From positions 51,743,021 to 51,781,133 of the forward strand of contig NC_068986.1 of the NCBI RefSeq assembly GCF_001194135.2: 38,113 nucleotides of DNA, read 5' to 3'. How positions within the stretch are numbered: the first letter of the stretch is position 1; every line of letters begins with the position of its first letter. The notes beneath the pieces were generated by a model that searched no databases, had not been told where the DNA came from, and was given only the letters and a program-made list of their open reading frames with translations. This DNA is from Octopus bimaculoides (lineage: Eukaryota). Below, in pieces: positions 21,341 to 32,680 of the stretch. The position numbers were made by a program, and so were the translations under genes.

Positions 21341-21980
21341 AAAGGAACCACGTAGTTCCGTTCGTTTTTGTGTATATACTTGTTATTCACTTGTTCATTC
21401 CGTATAAACAGTATTGAAAATATGTAAAAAATAAATAATTATTATGCTTTTGGCGGCGGTAGCGACAGCGGCGGCAGGTTATGTTGGGTTGGATATGAAA
21501 ATACTGAATGAACCATATATAGGATATAAATAAACGATATAGGCGAAGAAGTAGTCCGATTATAGATTTTATTTTCGTTCTTTCTCTATTTCCTCTTTCG
21601 TTCATATATTCATTAAGTTCTTTTTTCTTTCTTTCTTTATAATTCCTTTTTCGTTCATTCGTTTCTTTCTTGCTCTTCTTCTCCATCTTTGCTTACTATT
21701 ATTGTTGTTGTTGCTCCTCAGTTTCTTCTGTATTTCTAGGTTTCCGTATTTTTCTGAGTGTATGCATGAATGGATGAATAATTGAATGGTGGAAGAGAAA
21801 GCGAAAGAAACTGAATGAATCCAGTCGAATAAAATATTTCAAGTGACAAACGTGCTAGACGGCTTTCGTGCACTTTCTAGCTATTTGGTGCCTGTTCCTT
21901 TTGTCTGTATGTACTATATGTTTATACGTGTGAGTATGTGTGCGTGTGTTTGTCTGTGTCTATGTATGTATGTATGTATG

Positions 21981-22012
<32 letters not shown>

Positions 22013-22146
22013 CGTGTATTTGTGGCATTTATCTGTATTTCGTACGTCTTACAGTGATATGCACTCTTAGAAGCATAAACGATAACACGATTGCCCGGCC
22101 AGTGACAGTTCTGTGGTTCGACTTTCAAAGTAGAATATGTTCATAG

Positions 22147-22197
<51 letters not shown>

Positions 22198-23298
22198 CAT
22201 GTATGTATATATAACTTAAACTGCACTCGTAGAAATCTAGCATCAGTGTGCGCCCCACAACTTTGTTTCCTCATAATTTTCAGAAAAATGGATATTTATT
22301 GCTAACATTTTCTACAACTACCTTTTAGATGNNNNNNNNNNNNNNNNNNNNNNNNNNNNNNNNNNNNNNNNNNNNNNNNNNNNNNNNNNNNNNNNNNNNN
22401 NNNNNNNNNNNNNNNNNNNNNNNNNNNNNNNNNNNNNNNNNNNNNNNNNNNNNNNNNNNNNNNNNNNNNNNNNNNNNNNNNNNNNNNNNNNNNNNNNNNN
22501 NNNNNNNNNNNNNNNNNNNNNNNNNNNNNNNNNNNNNNNNNNNNNNNNNNNNNNNNNNNNNNNNNNNNNNNNNNNNNNNNNNNNNNNNNNNNNNNNNNNN
22601 NNNNNNNNNNNNNNNNNNNNNNNNNNNNNNNNNNNNNNNNNNNNNNNNNNNNNNNNNNNNNNNNNNNNNNNNNNNNNNNNNNNNNNNNNNNNNNNNNNNN
22701 NNNNNNNNNNNNNNNNNNNNNNNNNNNNNNNNNNNNNNNNNNNNNNNNNNNNNNNNNNNNNNNNNNNNNNNNNNNNNNNNNNNNNNNNNNNNNNNNNNNN
22801 NNNNNNNNNNNNNNNATTAAAAAAAGAAAACATTTCTATCAGTTGACGTAAGGCATATCAAATCAAAACGCAACTAAAATAACCGTGTTTTCTGCTGTAG
22901 CATAGCTGGATGAAGTGGTGCAATGTGGTCAGTTTGCCTCAGGTGACTCTTTTATAGCAATTCTGGGTTTGTTTTTTTAAGCTTGTATAAGAGGCGATAG
23001 TATGCAAACACGGGCGGCGCGCAAAAGTTTTTTTTCCTACGACTGATCGCCAAGTTATACCTAATTTTAGAAGGAGACAAGTAATTAGATAGATTTGCGG
23101 GGTTTTTTAGGCCCAATATGGTAAAGATGTGGATGGGAAAATGTAGCTAGAGAGTTATGTGCTAGCAACCCTCTCCCCTTACTGTTTTACAAAGTAAACA
23201 GCACAAATAACTACGTAGAGACAGCCATGGTGGAAACAAGAACAAGAACAAAGGTATTCTTAAAAGGGTTTTGGAAAACATGATATAGTAAGAATGGC

Positions 23299-23364
23299 AG
23301 TACGGTAGCTTGAGTGTGTGCCGCCCGTGGTAGTACGGTAGCTTGAGTGTGTGTCACCCGTAGC
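23299..23364. repeat. 33-bp tandem duplication (agtacggtagcttgagtgtgtg.c.cccgt)
   Basis: Units start at 23299 and 23332, inside a CpG-rich patch. Confidence 0.85.
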
Positions 23365-24267
23365 AGCACTTGTGTCTGTCGCCCCACTTGTTTCCTTTAC
23401 AGACTTGTACAACAGACTCCTCTTAAAAGCATCGCCCGAGGGCGGACCGCCCCATCGTATTCCCATCTAGCAACGCTACTGAAGAATGATTGCTAAGACA
23501 CCAGCGATTTTGTTGACCTTCAATAATACACCACGTAGTTCCTTCTTGTTAACAACAACCAACTATTTAAGCCAGGATACGAAATCGAATCCACAATTTC
23601 AAACAAGTCCTCAGCCAATTGTTATCGCTTTTTGCACTAAGAAATTTATGAGAATAAGCTGACCTCTTTATCTTTCTGAAGTCATATATAGGTAAAAGCT
23701 GATTAGAGAGGAAAACTCCTTTGTTTTCACTTGATCTAATTTAGTTACGAAGAATATAAATACGTGAGGCCAAATAGCTTTCTTTCTCTTTGGGTCGACC
23801 CGTCTCTGCTCAAAGAGCAACTTTATTAGTAAGCTGCTCAACGCACGAAAGTAAATTTATCACCCATTCTACTTACCCAGACTTTAATACTCTATCTATT
23901 TTTAGTAGTCACGGATATGAAGTAGACACACAATGAACTACAGGATAAGAGACAATTTGTTTACTGCAACAACAAACAAGCTGTGTTCACAAACAGCTAT
24001 ATTGTAAAGATGCACGTTCGGACTGGAACATGTAAATAAAACGATCATTTTAATAAGCAGTTAATATTGTTCTTATTCATCCATTTATACGATACATCTT
24101 GACATTAAACTTCTGTGGCCAACTGTTTATAGATTGCCTTTTCTACTTTTAGGAAATCCAGAAAAACACTTAATCCCACCAAAATGGGATGCAATAGTTT
24201 TATACTACTCATCTGATTTATCAGGATTAACGATGATAAACCCAAGTGCACAGACTCATTATCATTA

Positions 24268-24540
24268 CGGGCAAGCATGGGAGTGCGATAAAAAAGTTCA
24301 TTTTGCAACCAAGTGGTTTCGGGTTCAGTCCCATTGCGTGGAACCTTGGTTAATTATTATAGTCCTGGGCTGACCAACGTCTTGTAAGTGGATTTGATAG
24401 TAAGAAACTGTGTTAAAACCCGTTATGTATGTATGTATGTATGTATGTACGTGTATCATTGTGTCTGTGTTTGTCATCACCACCGCTTGACAACCGGTGT
24501 TAGCGGTTCGGTAAAAAAAGCCCGAAATAATGAGTATCGA
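24268..24540 (+). mobile_element. SINE family A, diverged and 3'-truncated copy
   Basis: gggcaagcatgg...tttcgggttcagtcccattgcgtggaaccttgg...gtggatttgatagtaagaaactgtg...caccgcttgacaaccggtgtt. Confidence 0.75.
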
Positions 24541-24559
24541 TGCAGGTTCGGATTGTGTA

Positions 24560-25990
24560 GGGTTAGTTGATAATAGAGGGGATGCAAAAGCCTTGCAAAC
24601 CTGCTCAGCTGTTTCTAATTGTCTGATGAGTATCAACTGGATTTCCCGAATGTACCAATGGGAGCAAGAACGAACCACATCAGGTCAAAATCGTATCTAG
24701 ACTAAGTAATCTATAAACTAATAGATAAGCATAATATAGGTGGTGCACATTTTAAAATCGTCGGCTATAGGGGTCACAAGTTTGTGATCTGTGTGTCCTA
24801 CCTAGAGAGGTTTCGAATGTGGGGACCCGGTCATTGGAAGCTAGATGCGTCGCTCCGTTGACGGGAGCAACGTCAAAGGTGGTTCACCCTAAATAGGGCG
24901 ATTAACGTAGAATCGATTAGACTCGGTAAGGTTATAGAGGTAGAAAAAAACTAGAATGGAGGGAAACCTAGTTAAAAACTTAGGAGTGGCAGTTAGGGAT
25001 GGCATCGTAACTTGCTTGCAGCAAAGTTGGCTCTCAACCAATGCTTCAACTCGAAACACAAAGACTGCATTGTCAGCTAAGGTGTGTGTTCTAAGATACG
25101 TGGATACGAAAGCCGTTCGATGGACCTGAGTAGCAGAAGCACAACGTGACAAAAAAAAAGAATCATAGAGAAGATGAGCAAGAAACCTGATATGGGAGGG
25201 GCCTTGAGCAATTTAAATCAGTGAAAATCTTCTGATAAGGTCCGCCACCAATATTTGAGGATTGTTTTCACGGCATTTTCAGCAGTTGAATTGCCACAAT
25301 GTACAGTGACATCTGTTTAGGACGTCAGAGTAAATAGTCACTTTTCGGAACCACTCACTATCCGCTCGATCCATCTAGGGTGTCACCCTCTTGTCTTTTC
25401 TGTGTGTACTTGACTCTTTAGCTTCTACTGTGGAAATTAGAATCTTTGATGGGCATTCCGCGCGAACCGGAATGTGGAGGAATCTTGTTAGCACACGCGG
25501 ATATGTCACTGTCATATTTTCGGATGAGAGAAACAATGAGGTGATCGGCACTGCTTTATGAGACTACAAGGCGGAGACAGGAGCGAAACATCAACAAAAA
25601 TAAGTAAATCTGCAGCACGGTTCTGCTGTCCAACGGTAGCGTTGAGCGCTGAACATCGAACTGGTTAAATGCTTGGATCTGGTTTGATCGAGACATTGAA
25701 GAAAAGAACTGCGACAAAGTGACGAACCGAGTAGCCAATCTCACTCAGCAATGGTCCGAAGAAAAGCTTTCTGTGAAGGGTCGGGCAGAGATGGCGAGAG
25801 CATACATCGCCTCTATCATATATTACCACCTGGCAGTCGTATCTTTCTCCAGTTCACGTTTTACCAGATTAGAGCACCTGCTCTCCTGCTTTCTGTGAAA
25901 GGGTCGTGTTCCACTGATTAGGTGACCCATTTCTTGTCTCAACACTCTTAGTAGATGATGCGCAGATATGTGCTGAGGCTGCGACATTCC
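24560..25990 (+). mobile_element. Decayed Tx1/L1-clade LINE ORF2 (APE endonuclease and RT) with an internal deletion
   Basis: RGCKSLANLLSCF*LSDEYQLDFPNVPM; SKSYLD; IVGYRGHKFV...GPGHWKLDASL (end of the endonuclease); LAAKLALNQCFNSKH; a jump at about 25150-25161 to IIEK...GGALSNLNQ*KSSDKVRHQYL; VRVNSHFSEPLTIRSIHLGC; LAHAD; IWFDRDIEEKN...WSEEKLSVKGRAEMARAYIAS...FL*KGRVPLIR; MMRRYVLRLRH. Confidence 0.85.
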
Positions 25991-26133
25991 GAGCATTTTT
26001 TTAATATCCTCCTTGATAATTATGATGTTTACAGTCCGCTTCCAATAGCAAACGACGAAGAGAGGGACGATTTAAACAAACGTGCAAGGAAAAAGTTAGT
26101 AGTGGAAATCAACTATGAGCTGTTATATCTTAA

Positions 26134-26346
26134 CCACTAGAAGGAAATGAGGCATATATTATCCATTCCGAACCAGATTTGTTCACATACATTTTCGGTG
26201 CTGCACATTATGACTCCTTGGATGAAGAATACATGGAGGTTGAAGGTGGTCGGGGTTATGGGGCGTCATCATTAAACCTAGCTAACGATTACTCCCCGGT
26301 TTTGCATTTTTATTTGTATCTCATTTTATCAGAGCTGTAACATAAT
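26134..26346 (+). other. Candidate coding exon or pseudogene segment, unidentified
   Basis: 71 codons from 26134 ending at TAA 26344-26346: PLEGNEAYIIHSEPDLFTYIFGAAHYDSLDEEYMEVEGGRGYGASSLNLANDLLPGFAFLFVSHFIRAVT*. Possible acceptor cttaaccactAG at 26139-26140 and AATAAA at 26345-26350. Confidence 0.25.
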
Positions 26347-27145
26347 AAATATGTGAGTATATTAATTGCTGTTTATGTTTAGGATTGGCAAAGTCCTTAA
26401 GAAGTGCACTTGTCTCATTGTGCTACGAATAAGATTCTTTGTAAGCTTCAGCTTGGAAAACGAACACTCTCTAGTACAGCTGCTTACAATACATAAATAT
26501 TTTAAGTATTATTTCTGTACTGAGTAACAAACATTTTAATTTATCCGATAAGTGTTTGCTGCACATGTCCGGAAGAGACTTGCTTTTTACCGCATAATTG
26601 ATATAGAATGCTTGAATGACCTTCATTCACGGAATAATTCACTATAATTAATATCTTCATGATAAACAGTAGTCAGTTACTCATACATTTGACCAAGTTT
26701 ATTAAAGTCACTTGTCTTTAACTGAGTTCCATTTCTGACAAGACTGACTTCCATTTCCTTCGTAGAGCATTTAGTGAGGTAAGAATTGGAGTATCTAGAA
26801 TTGGAAGATAACCGTTTTTAATTTTTCACTTTCGTAAACGAGTGCCTATTTTGCCGACTACTCATTTTCTAATAAGATGCACACATCACTTTCTTGTACG
26901 TTTTTCTCCATCGTTATACATCGAATCAAAATTCTTTCCCAGCGTTTATTTCATACTCATTGAAGTTCGCTGTCATATCACTTTATGAAAATATATTTTC
27001 AAATATCAAATGGCAACAATTACTTTTCTTGTTTATTCCTAAGAGAATGTCAATCGAAAATTGTCAAATCTTTCTGTTTTGAGGTTTGCAATCTACTCCG
27101 CATCGACATCAAGAAAGGCACCCAGTGCACCTCAGGGATGGACTG

Positions 27146-27712
27146 GGATCTTTTTTAAAACGGGGGCCACATTTTTCATTAACGAAACACTTTGAAACTT
27201 GGAACACTGGTAGAATGTGTCATATAAAACATCTTTTTCTCTTAGGCTTCTTAAAAAAAAAAGAAATCCATAAATTATTCCATGTTAAAGTTGTCGTATT
27301 TCTGTAATTTCAACCAATCACTGACGTCCATTCAGCCGATATACATTAAGCGCCGACTACATAAACAAACGATTCTGAAACAATTAACCCTAACCCTAAC
27401 CCTAACTCTAACCCTAACCCTAGGGTTAGGGTTAGGGCTAGGGTCAGAGTTAGGGTTAGTGTTAGGGTTAAAGCAAATTTAAAATGAAAAAAGCAAATAA
27501 AACGAAGAATCGTTTGTTTATGTAGTCGGCACTTAATGTATATCGGCTGAATGGACGTCAGTGATTGGTTGAAATTATCGAAATAAGACAATTTTTTACA
27601 TGAAATAAATTCGAATACAAAAATATTTTTCTGTTCTATGAAAGTCTTTCGGTACCAAAAACACTACGTAAAACATTAATGAAAAATGTGGCCCCCGTTT
27701 TAAAAAAGATCC
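27146..27712. mobile_element. 567-bp MITE with perfect 37-bp TIRs, 8-bp TSD and a palindromic telomere-repeat core
   Basis: TSD ATGGACTG at 27138-27145 and 27713-27720. TIR ggatcttttttaaaacgggggccacatttttcattaa at 27146-27182 and 27676-27712. Inner 71-bp IR at 27306-27376 and 27506-27576 with 1 mismatch. (CCCTAA)n|(TTAGGG)n centred on CCCTAGGG at 27418-27425. Confidence 0.95.
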
Positions 27713-28305
27713 ATGGACTGGTGTGCATCAACTGTATGTTGAGTTCCTCCCTGCAGATCGCATTTTGAATAACTACACTTGTTCTGTCGTCAAAATAGGG
27801 TAGTTTAAGGAAACATTTTTTCGACTTGCTGTTATGGGGCTTTCTTATGTTGTTTACCCACAAACTCCTCAAACCCCTACTTCATATATTCTCCGGAGAC
27901 AATGACAGCTCCAGGGAGATCTTTAAAAGATTCTAAGATATCGACCCCATCGTACTCAGGAATAACCGATACCCTTTCAGCCTAGTCATTGTCTCCCTCT
28001 ACACTTTTCCCCTCCTTCTCTCCCACTCATTTCTTCTTCTTTTCTTTCTTCCTATTTCTTTTACTCTTCATCTTTCACCAATCTTTACTTTTTCAGCCTT
28101 ACATCCTCGGACATCATTGAACTACAAGTCAGTATAGTTGGAGACAGCCACTTCTGATACAACAGTGAGGTATATAAACAGATCTCAGGTCTACCAATGG
28201 GATCCAGCCTCCCAGGTCTGCTGGCCATCTTGTACATGGATCAACTCGAACGCATGGCACTTAACACCTACCATTCATGCGTCTTCTCAGGGTACGTTTA
28301 GGATA

Positions 28306-28338
<33 letters not shown>

Positions 28339-28341
28339 GCG

Positions 28342-28466
28342 TGTATAAGGGATGACCACTACGTGGACATCCAATATGCTAGAATGAGGTCACCAACGAC
28401 CCAGCCACAAAGAAAAATAATGTTCTCCAGAAAAATTTCGCAAAACACCAAAACAGGACAAAATGA
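28342..28466 (+). mobile_element. Partial copy of the 28767-29111 MITE (inner arm and spacer)
   Basis: gatgaccactacgtggacatccaatatg...caggacaaaatga matches 28853-28968. Confidence 0.85.
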
Positions 28467-28766
28467 GAAATATAAAATAAAGAATTAGCAGTGTACTGCA
28501 GTTTCGAACATTAACGTTTTACTTACGTAATGACATCCGTGTTCTCGTCAGCATAACCGTTCTAGAATCAATATAATTTGCAGAACTATACACAAATTGT
28601 CTTCATGAAATAAGACTTGCACAAAGTTCTATTGATTACACTGAGGTTATTTTTCAAAATGCCTCAGCTCTGGCGCGCCAAATTCCGGAAATAATTCTGC
28701 AGAGAATGATTCACTGCAGTATATGGTGCCAGCTGGAGAACATAACTATTTAAATTATTATTTATA

Positions 28767-29111
28767 TAGATAGGGTGATAAATTGACTATTAATTCAATT
28801 TAAAACCAAGTGACCTAGCATATAAAAAAAATCTGAAAATTCAGAAAAAATTGATGACCACTAGGTGGACATCCAATATGTTAGAAAGAGGTCACCAACA
28901 ACCCAACCACAAAGAAAAATAATGTTCTCCAGAAAAATTTCGCAAAACACCAGAACAGGACAAAATGACCTCTTTCTAGCATATTGGATATCCACGTAGT
29001 GGTCATCCCTTATACATGTGTAATACAATTTTTTCTGAATTTTCAGATTTTTTTATATGCTAGGCCACTTGGTTTTAAATTGAATTAATATTCAATTTAA
29101 CACCCTATCTA
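28767..29111. mobile_element. TA-flanked fold-back MITE (Tc1/mariner-like termini)
   Basis: tagatagggtg...aattcaatttaaaaccaagtg.cctagcatataaaaaaatctgaaaattcagaaaaaattg is mirrored on the right arm, ending caccctatcta at 29111. Inner IR atgaccact...gaaagaggtca / tgacctctttct...agtggtcat. Confidence 0.85.
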
Positions 29112-29249
29112 TCTATCTATCTATCTTTCTATCTATCTATCTATCTATCTCTCTCTATATATATATCTCACATTAATGTTTATTTTTATGTTGAATTATA
29201 GTCCTTTCTAGTTTTTGCACAATGCCAGCGATTTTGTTTGAGAGCAGAA

Positions 29250-29405
29250 GAAGTTGATTACATCAGCTCCAGTGCTCATCTGGTACTTATTTCATTGGCC
29301 CTGAAAGGGTGAAAGACAATATTGATCTTTAGTAGATTTTGAACACAGAGCTGCCACAAAGCATTTTATCCAGTGTGGCACAGTTTCTGCAAGCTTGCTG
29401 CCTTA
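29250..29405 (-). mobile_element. SINE family B, old diverged monomer
   Basis: agttgattacatcagctccagtgctcatctggtacttatttcattggccctgaaagggtgaaag...ttctgcaagcttgctgcctt aligns with the 592-1382 unit. Confidence 0.65.
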
Positions 29406-29714
29406 AAGTTGAGTTATAAGAAAAAATAATTTTATATTAAACTGAAGGATTATTCAATACTTTTTATAGAGTACTTATTTATCATTCTTCAGCAATAGTG
29501 CTGACAATGACTTTGAAGTTTCAGCCTACTTAGCCTTCATTAGACTGATTAAGGCTAAGCTGGCCAAAACTTCAAGTTCATTGTCAACATAAATAGATGG
29601 ATGCATATATACTCAGATACCCAGTCTGATATAAACTGTAGATACAACACAAAAGTGGTTCCAAGTGTAGCATATGTACATATATAAACATACATATATA
29701 TATATATATACATA

Positions 29715-29950
29715 CATATATGTGGGTGTGTGTCTGTGTTTGTCCCTCCATCACTGCTTGACAACCGGTGTTAATGTATTTATGTCCCTATAAGTGAGTG
29801 GTTCGGTCAAAAAAACCCAAAAAAACTGACAGAATAAGTACCAGGCTTTAAAGAAAAAAATTCTGGGGTCAATTTGTTCAACTAAAATCCTTCAAGGGGG
29901 TGCCCCAGCATGGCCACAGTCTAATGACTGAAACAAGTAAAAGATAAAGG
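29715..29950 (+). mobile_element. SINE family A 3' half, CpG-depleted
   Basis: gtgtctgtgtttgtccc...cagaataagtaccaggc...ggggtcaatttgttcaactaa...ccagcatggccacagtctaatgactgaaacaagtaaaag. Confidence 0.8.
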
Positions 29951-29977
29951 CTACATACGCACATACATATGTACATA

Positions 29978-30191
29978 GGTTCAAAAAAGAAAAACGATAA
30001 AAAGACAACAAAAACAACAACGCAAGGACGTGATACAGATATTGTGTTACTGGACACTCGGGAAAGGAAAGAAAGAGAATTTGACGTTTCGAGCGGAGCT
30101 CTTCGTCGGAAACATAGGAAAGTCCAAAGAAGGGAAGACGGAAGAAGAAAAAATCGCCAACGATATCCACAAGGTTACATTGTGGAATGTT
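29978..30191 (-). mobile_element. 214-bp hammerhead-bearing element, probably a Penelope-type pLTR or non-autonomous unit
   Basis: The minus strand carries gttt-CCGACGA-A-GAGC(tcc)GCTC-GAAA-CG-TC-aaat (plus-strand 30079-30111). It is flanked by the direct repeat acatatgtacata at 29965-29977 and 30192-30204, a possible TSD in low-complexity context. Confidence 0.55.
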
Positions 30192-30224
30192 ACATATGTA
30201 CATATGTACATACATACATATGTA

Positions 30225-30465
30225 TGTAACAGCCATGCTTTGCAAACACGTGGTTTCAGGTTCAGTCCCACTGCATGGTATATTTGGAAAGTGTCTTCTA
30301 CTATAGTTGTGGGCTGACCAATGCCTTGTGTGTGAATTTGGTAGATGGAAACTGTGTGGAAACCCACTGTATATATGTATGTGTATGTATGAAGGTTTGT
30401 ATTTATCTTCCCACCATCACTTGCCGACTGGTGTTGGTTTGCTTATACCTCTTGTAACATAGAGT
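30225..30465 (+). mobile_element. SINE family A 5' part, diverged and CpG-depleted
   Basis: ggtttcaggttcagtcccactgcatggtatatttggaaagtgtcttctactatag...ttggtagatggaaactg. Confidence 0.75.
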
Positions 30466-30488
30466 GTTGTTAAAAGGAATCAAAAAAA

Positions 30489-30905
30489 TCTTTTCTACTC
30501 TAGGCACAAGGCTTGAAATTTGTAGGGATGGGGCCAGTCGATTAGATCGACCCCAATACACAACTGGAAATTAATTTAATGACCCCAAAATGATGAAAGG
30601 CAAAGTTGACCTTGGTGGAATTTGAACTCAGAACGTAAAGACAGAAGAAATACAACGTTTTGCCTGACCTGCTAACCTTTCTTATTTCTTTATTGCCCAC
30701 AAGGGGCTAAACATAGATGGGACAAACAAAGGGATTAAGTTGATTATATTGACCCCAGTGCGTAACTGGTTCTTACTTAATCGACCCCGAGAGGATGAAA
30801 GGCAAAGTTGACCTCAGTGGAATTTGAACTCAGAATGCAGTGGCAGACAAAATACCGCTAAGCATTTCGCTCGGCATGCTAACATTTCTGCCAGCTCACC
30901 GCCTT
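30489..30905 (-). mobile_element. SINE family B dimer: full-headed unit plus headless unit with a different tail
   Basis: Junction ctaacctttc|ttatttctttattgcccacaagggg at 30682, the same as in the 592-1382 array. The left unit ends in tcttttctactctaggcacaagg. Confidence 0.8.
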
Positions 30906-31125
30906 TAGAAGGAATCAATAGAACAAAAGACAAACATACACTTCATATGTATAAAAGAACACATGTGGAGTTCTACAATGCAGTTGGTGAGTTAGTCAGC
31001 TCATATTTCTACCTTGCGTGTTCATTTGTTTAAAATTTACCTGATGATGGCAGATTTTTTGTCATAATTAATTTATGAATGCATCAATTAAATGCTGCCG
31101 AATTTTGAACCCCACTTGTGTTCTT

Positions 31126-31163
<38 letters not shown>

Positions 31164-31442
31164 AGTAAAAATAAATACAAAAAAGGTGGTTTTTTTGTAT
31201 GATTGTGTATAGAGGAATATATTATTTTGTTTAAAAGAGTTCCAACACTGTCTGTTTTTTATGTTTTATTTATATTCCTGCAGAACCAATGTGGGGTATA
31301 GAATATGGAATATACAATATATAATATAAAATAAAATAAAATAAAAATGGATGGCACCATGAAAGAAAGTATTGAATGTAGATGAAATATTGAGTGTTCA
31401 ATATAAAGGATCAAATATATAAATATATAAATATAAATTGCT

Positions 31443-31776
31443 GAGACCCCCTTTGGTCATGACTGACCATGGGATTGCACCTAGAAAGTTACCTTCCGAG
31501 GCACAAGTTCGGGCAAGGTTGTTTATGGAAGACCAGCAGTCGCCCATGCATACCAACCTCTCCTCTCCATGCCACAGATGTTATCCAAGGGAATGGCAAA
31601 GCTGATACAGCTTGGCACCAGTGACATCACAACTCATTTCTACAGCTGAGTGAACTGGAGTAACATGAAATAAAGTGTCTTGCTCAAGAACACAACATGC
31701 AGCCCAGTCCAGGATTCGAACTCACAACCTCACGATCGTAAGCTCGACACTCTAACCACTGAGCCATGCGCCTTCA
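31443..31776 (-). mobile_element. tRNA-derived SINE family C with a CORE-like segment
   Basis: Minus strand: tgaaggcgcatggctcagtggttagagtgtcg (A box)...gagttcgaatcc (B box)...gttcttgagcaagacacttt...ctcagctgtagaaatgag...gaccaaagggggtctc. Confidence 0.85.
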
Positions 31777-32600
31777 TTTATAATATATATATATATATAT
31801 TATATATAATATATATATCTTATATATAATATATATATATTATATATATATTTTATATATATATATGTATGCACACACACACACACAAATAAATAGATAG
31901 ATGCAGAGGTGTGTGTGTTTGTGCCACCGAATTTTGATATAATGTGATTGTTGTAAAAGAAGTGTTATCTTCATACATGTAGAATCATTCATTTTCAATT
32001 TTCTTTGAAAGCATGCCATTTTCTGTGAAGTTTGACAGCAAGAAAGGCTTCAATCTGTAGAAAATCTGTCACAAAGGGTTGCAGACTTTAGAAAATCTGC
32101 CTCAAAGAATTCCGTCTGACTCATACAAACATGGAAACATGGACATTAAGATGTCAACAATGATGATGATGATGATGGTTGTTCTTGGTTAGCCCCTTTC
32201 AGTCTTGGCTGAATAGACCTTGGAGGGTAAGTTCTGTATTCCATATCTAGGACAATATTATATACGTCACACCTTTTTTAAAGACAGTTGGATGTAATTT
32301 GAGGGAGTTTTGGCTGCCATTTCAAGTAGATCTAGTAACCACATATAGTTTTCTTCATTGGTAGTGATATTGTTGTTGCTGTGACTACTTATTTCTATGT
32401 TGCCCCTGATTGAACAGATGCATGATCAAAAGCCTTCCAGCCATAACCATCCCGTCTTTTCTCAGACACTCTGTATATAGAATAACATTATCCAATGCAT
32501 TCTTTAGTTCTTTCCTTGAGATGTTAGACATGGTGTGACTGGAAGATGATTTTACTGTTATTTCTAGCTGGTTGAGCAACTTCATATAGGTTCCCTCAAC

Positions 32601-32680
32601 CAGGGGTCCCCATCCACTGGGCTGCAGACCAGTACTGGTCATGCATCATTTGGAAATCAGACCCCACACGAAGATAAAAT
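32601..32680 (+). mobile_element. hAT-Charlie (MER1-like) MITE left end
   Basis: caggggtccccatccactgggctgcagaccagtactggtc resembles the recalled MER1-type start CAGGGGTCCCCAACCCCCGGGCCGCGGACCGGTACCGGTCC. The right end is not seen before the gap. Confidence 0.5.

Noticed and set aside
23260-23466. 68-aa ORF with an 11-aa repeat (THSSYRT)
   Set aside because: The repeat is just the 33-bp tandem duplication, and no other coding signal supports it.
31264-31380. Acceptor-like ttttatttatattcctgcAG as a host exon start
   Set aside because: All three downstream frames stop within about 15 codons and the donor is weak; it cannot be supported without RNA data.
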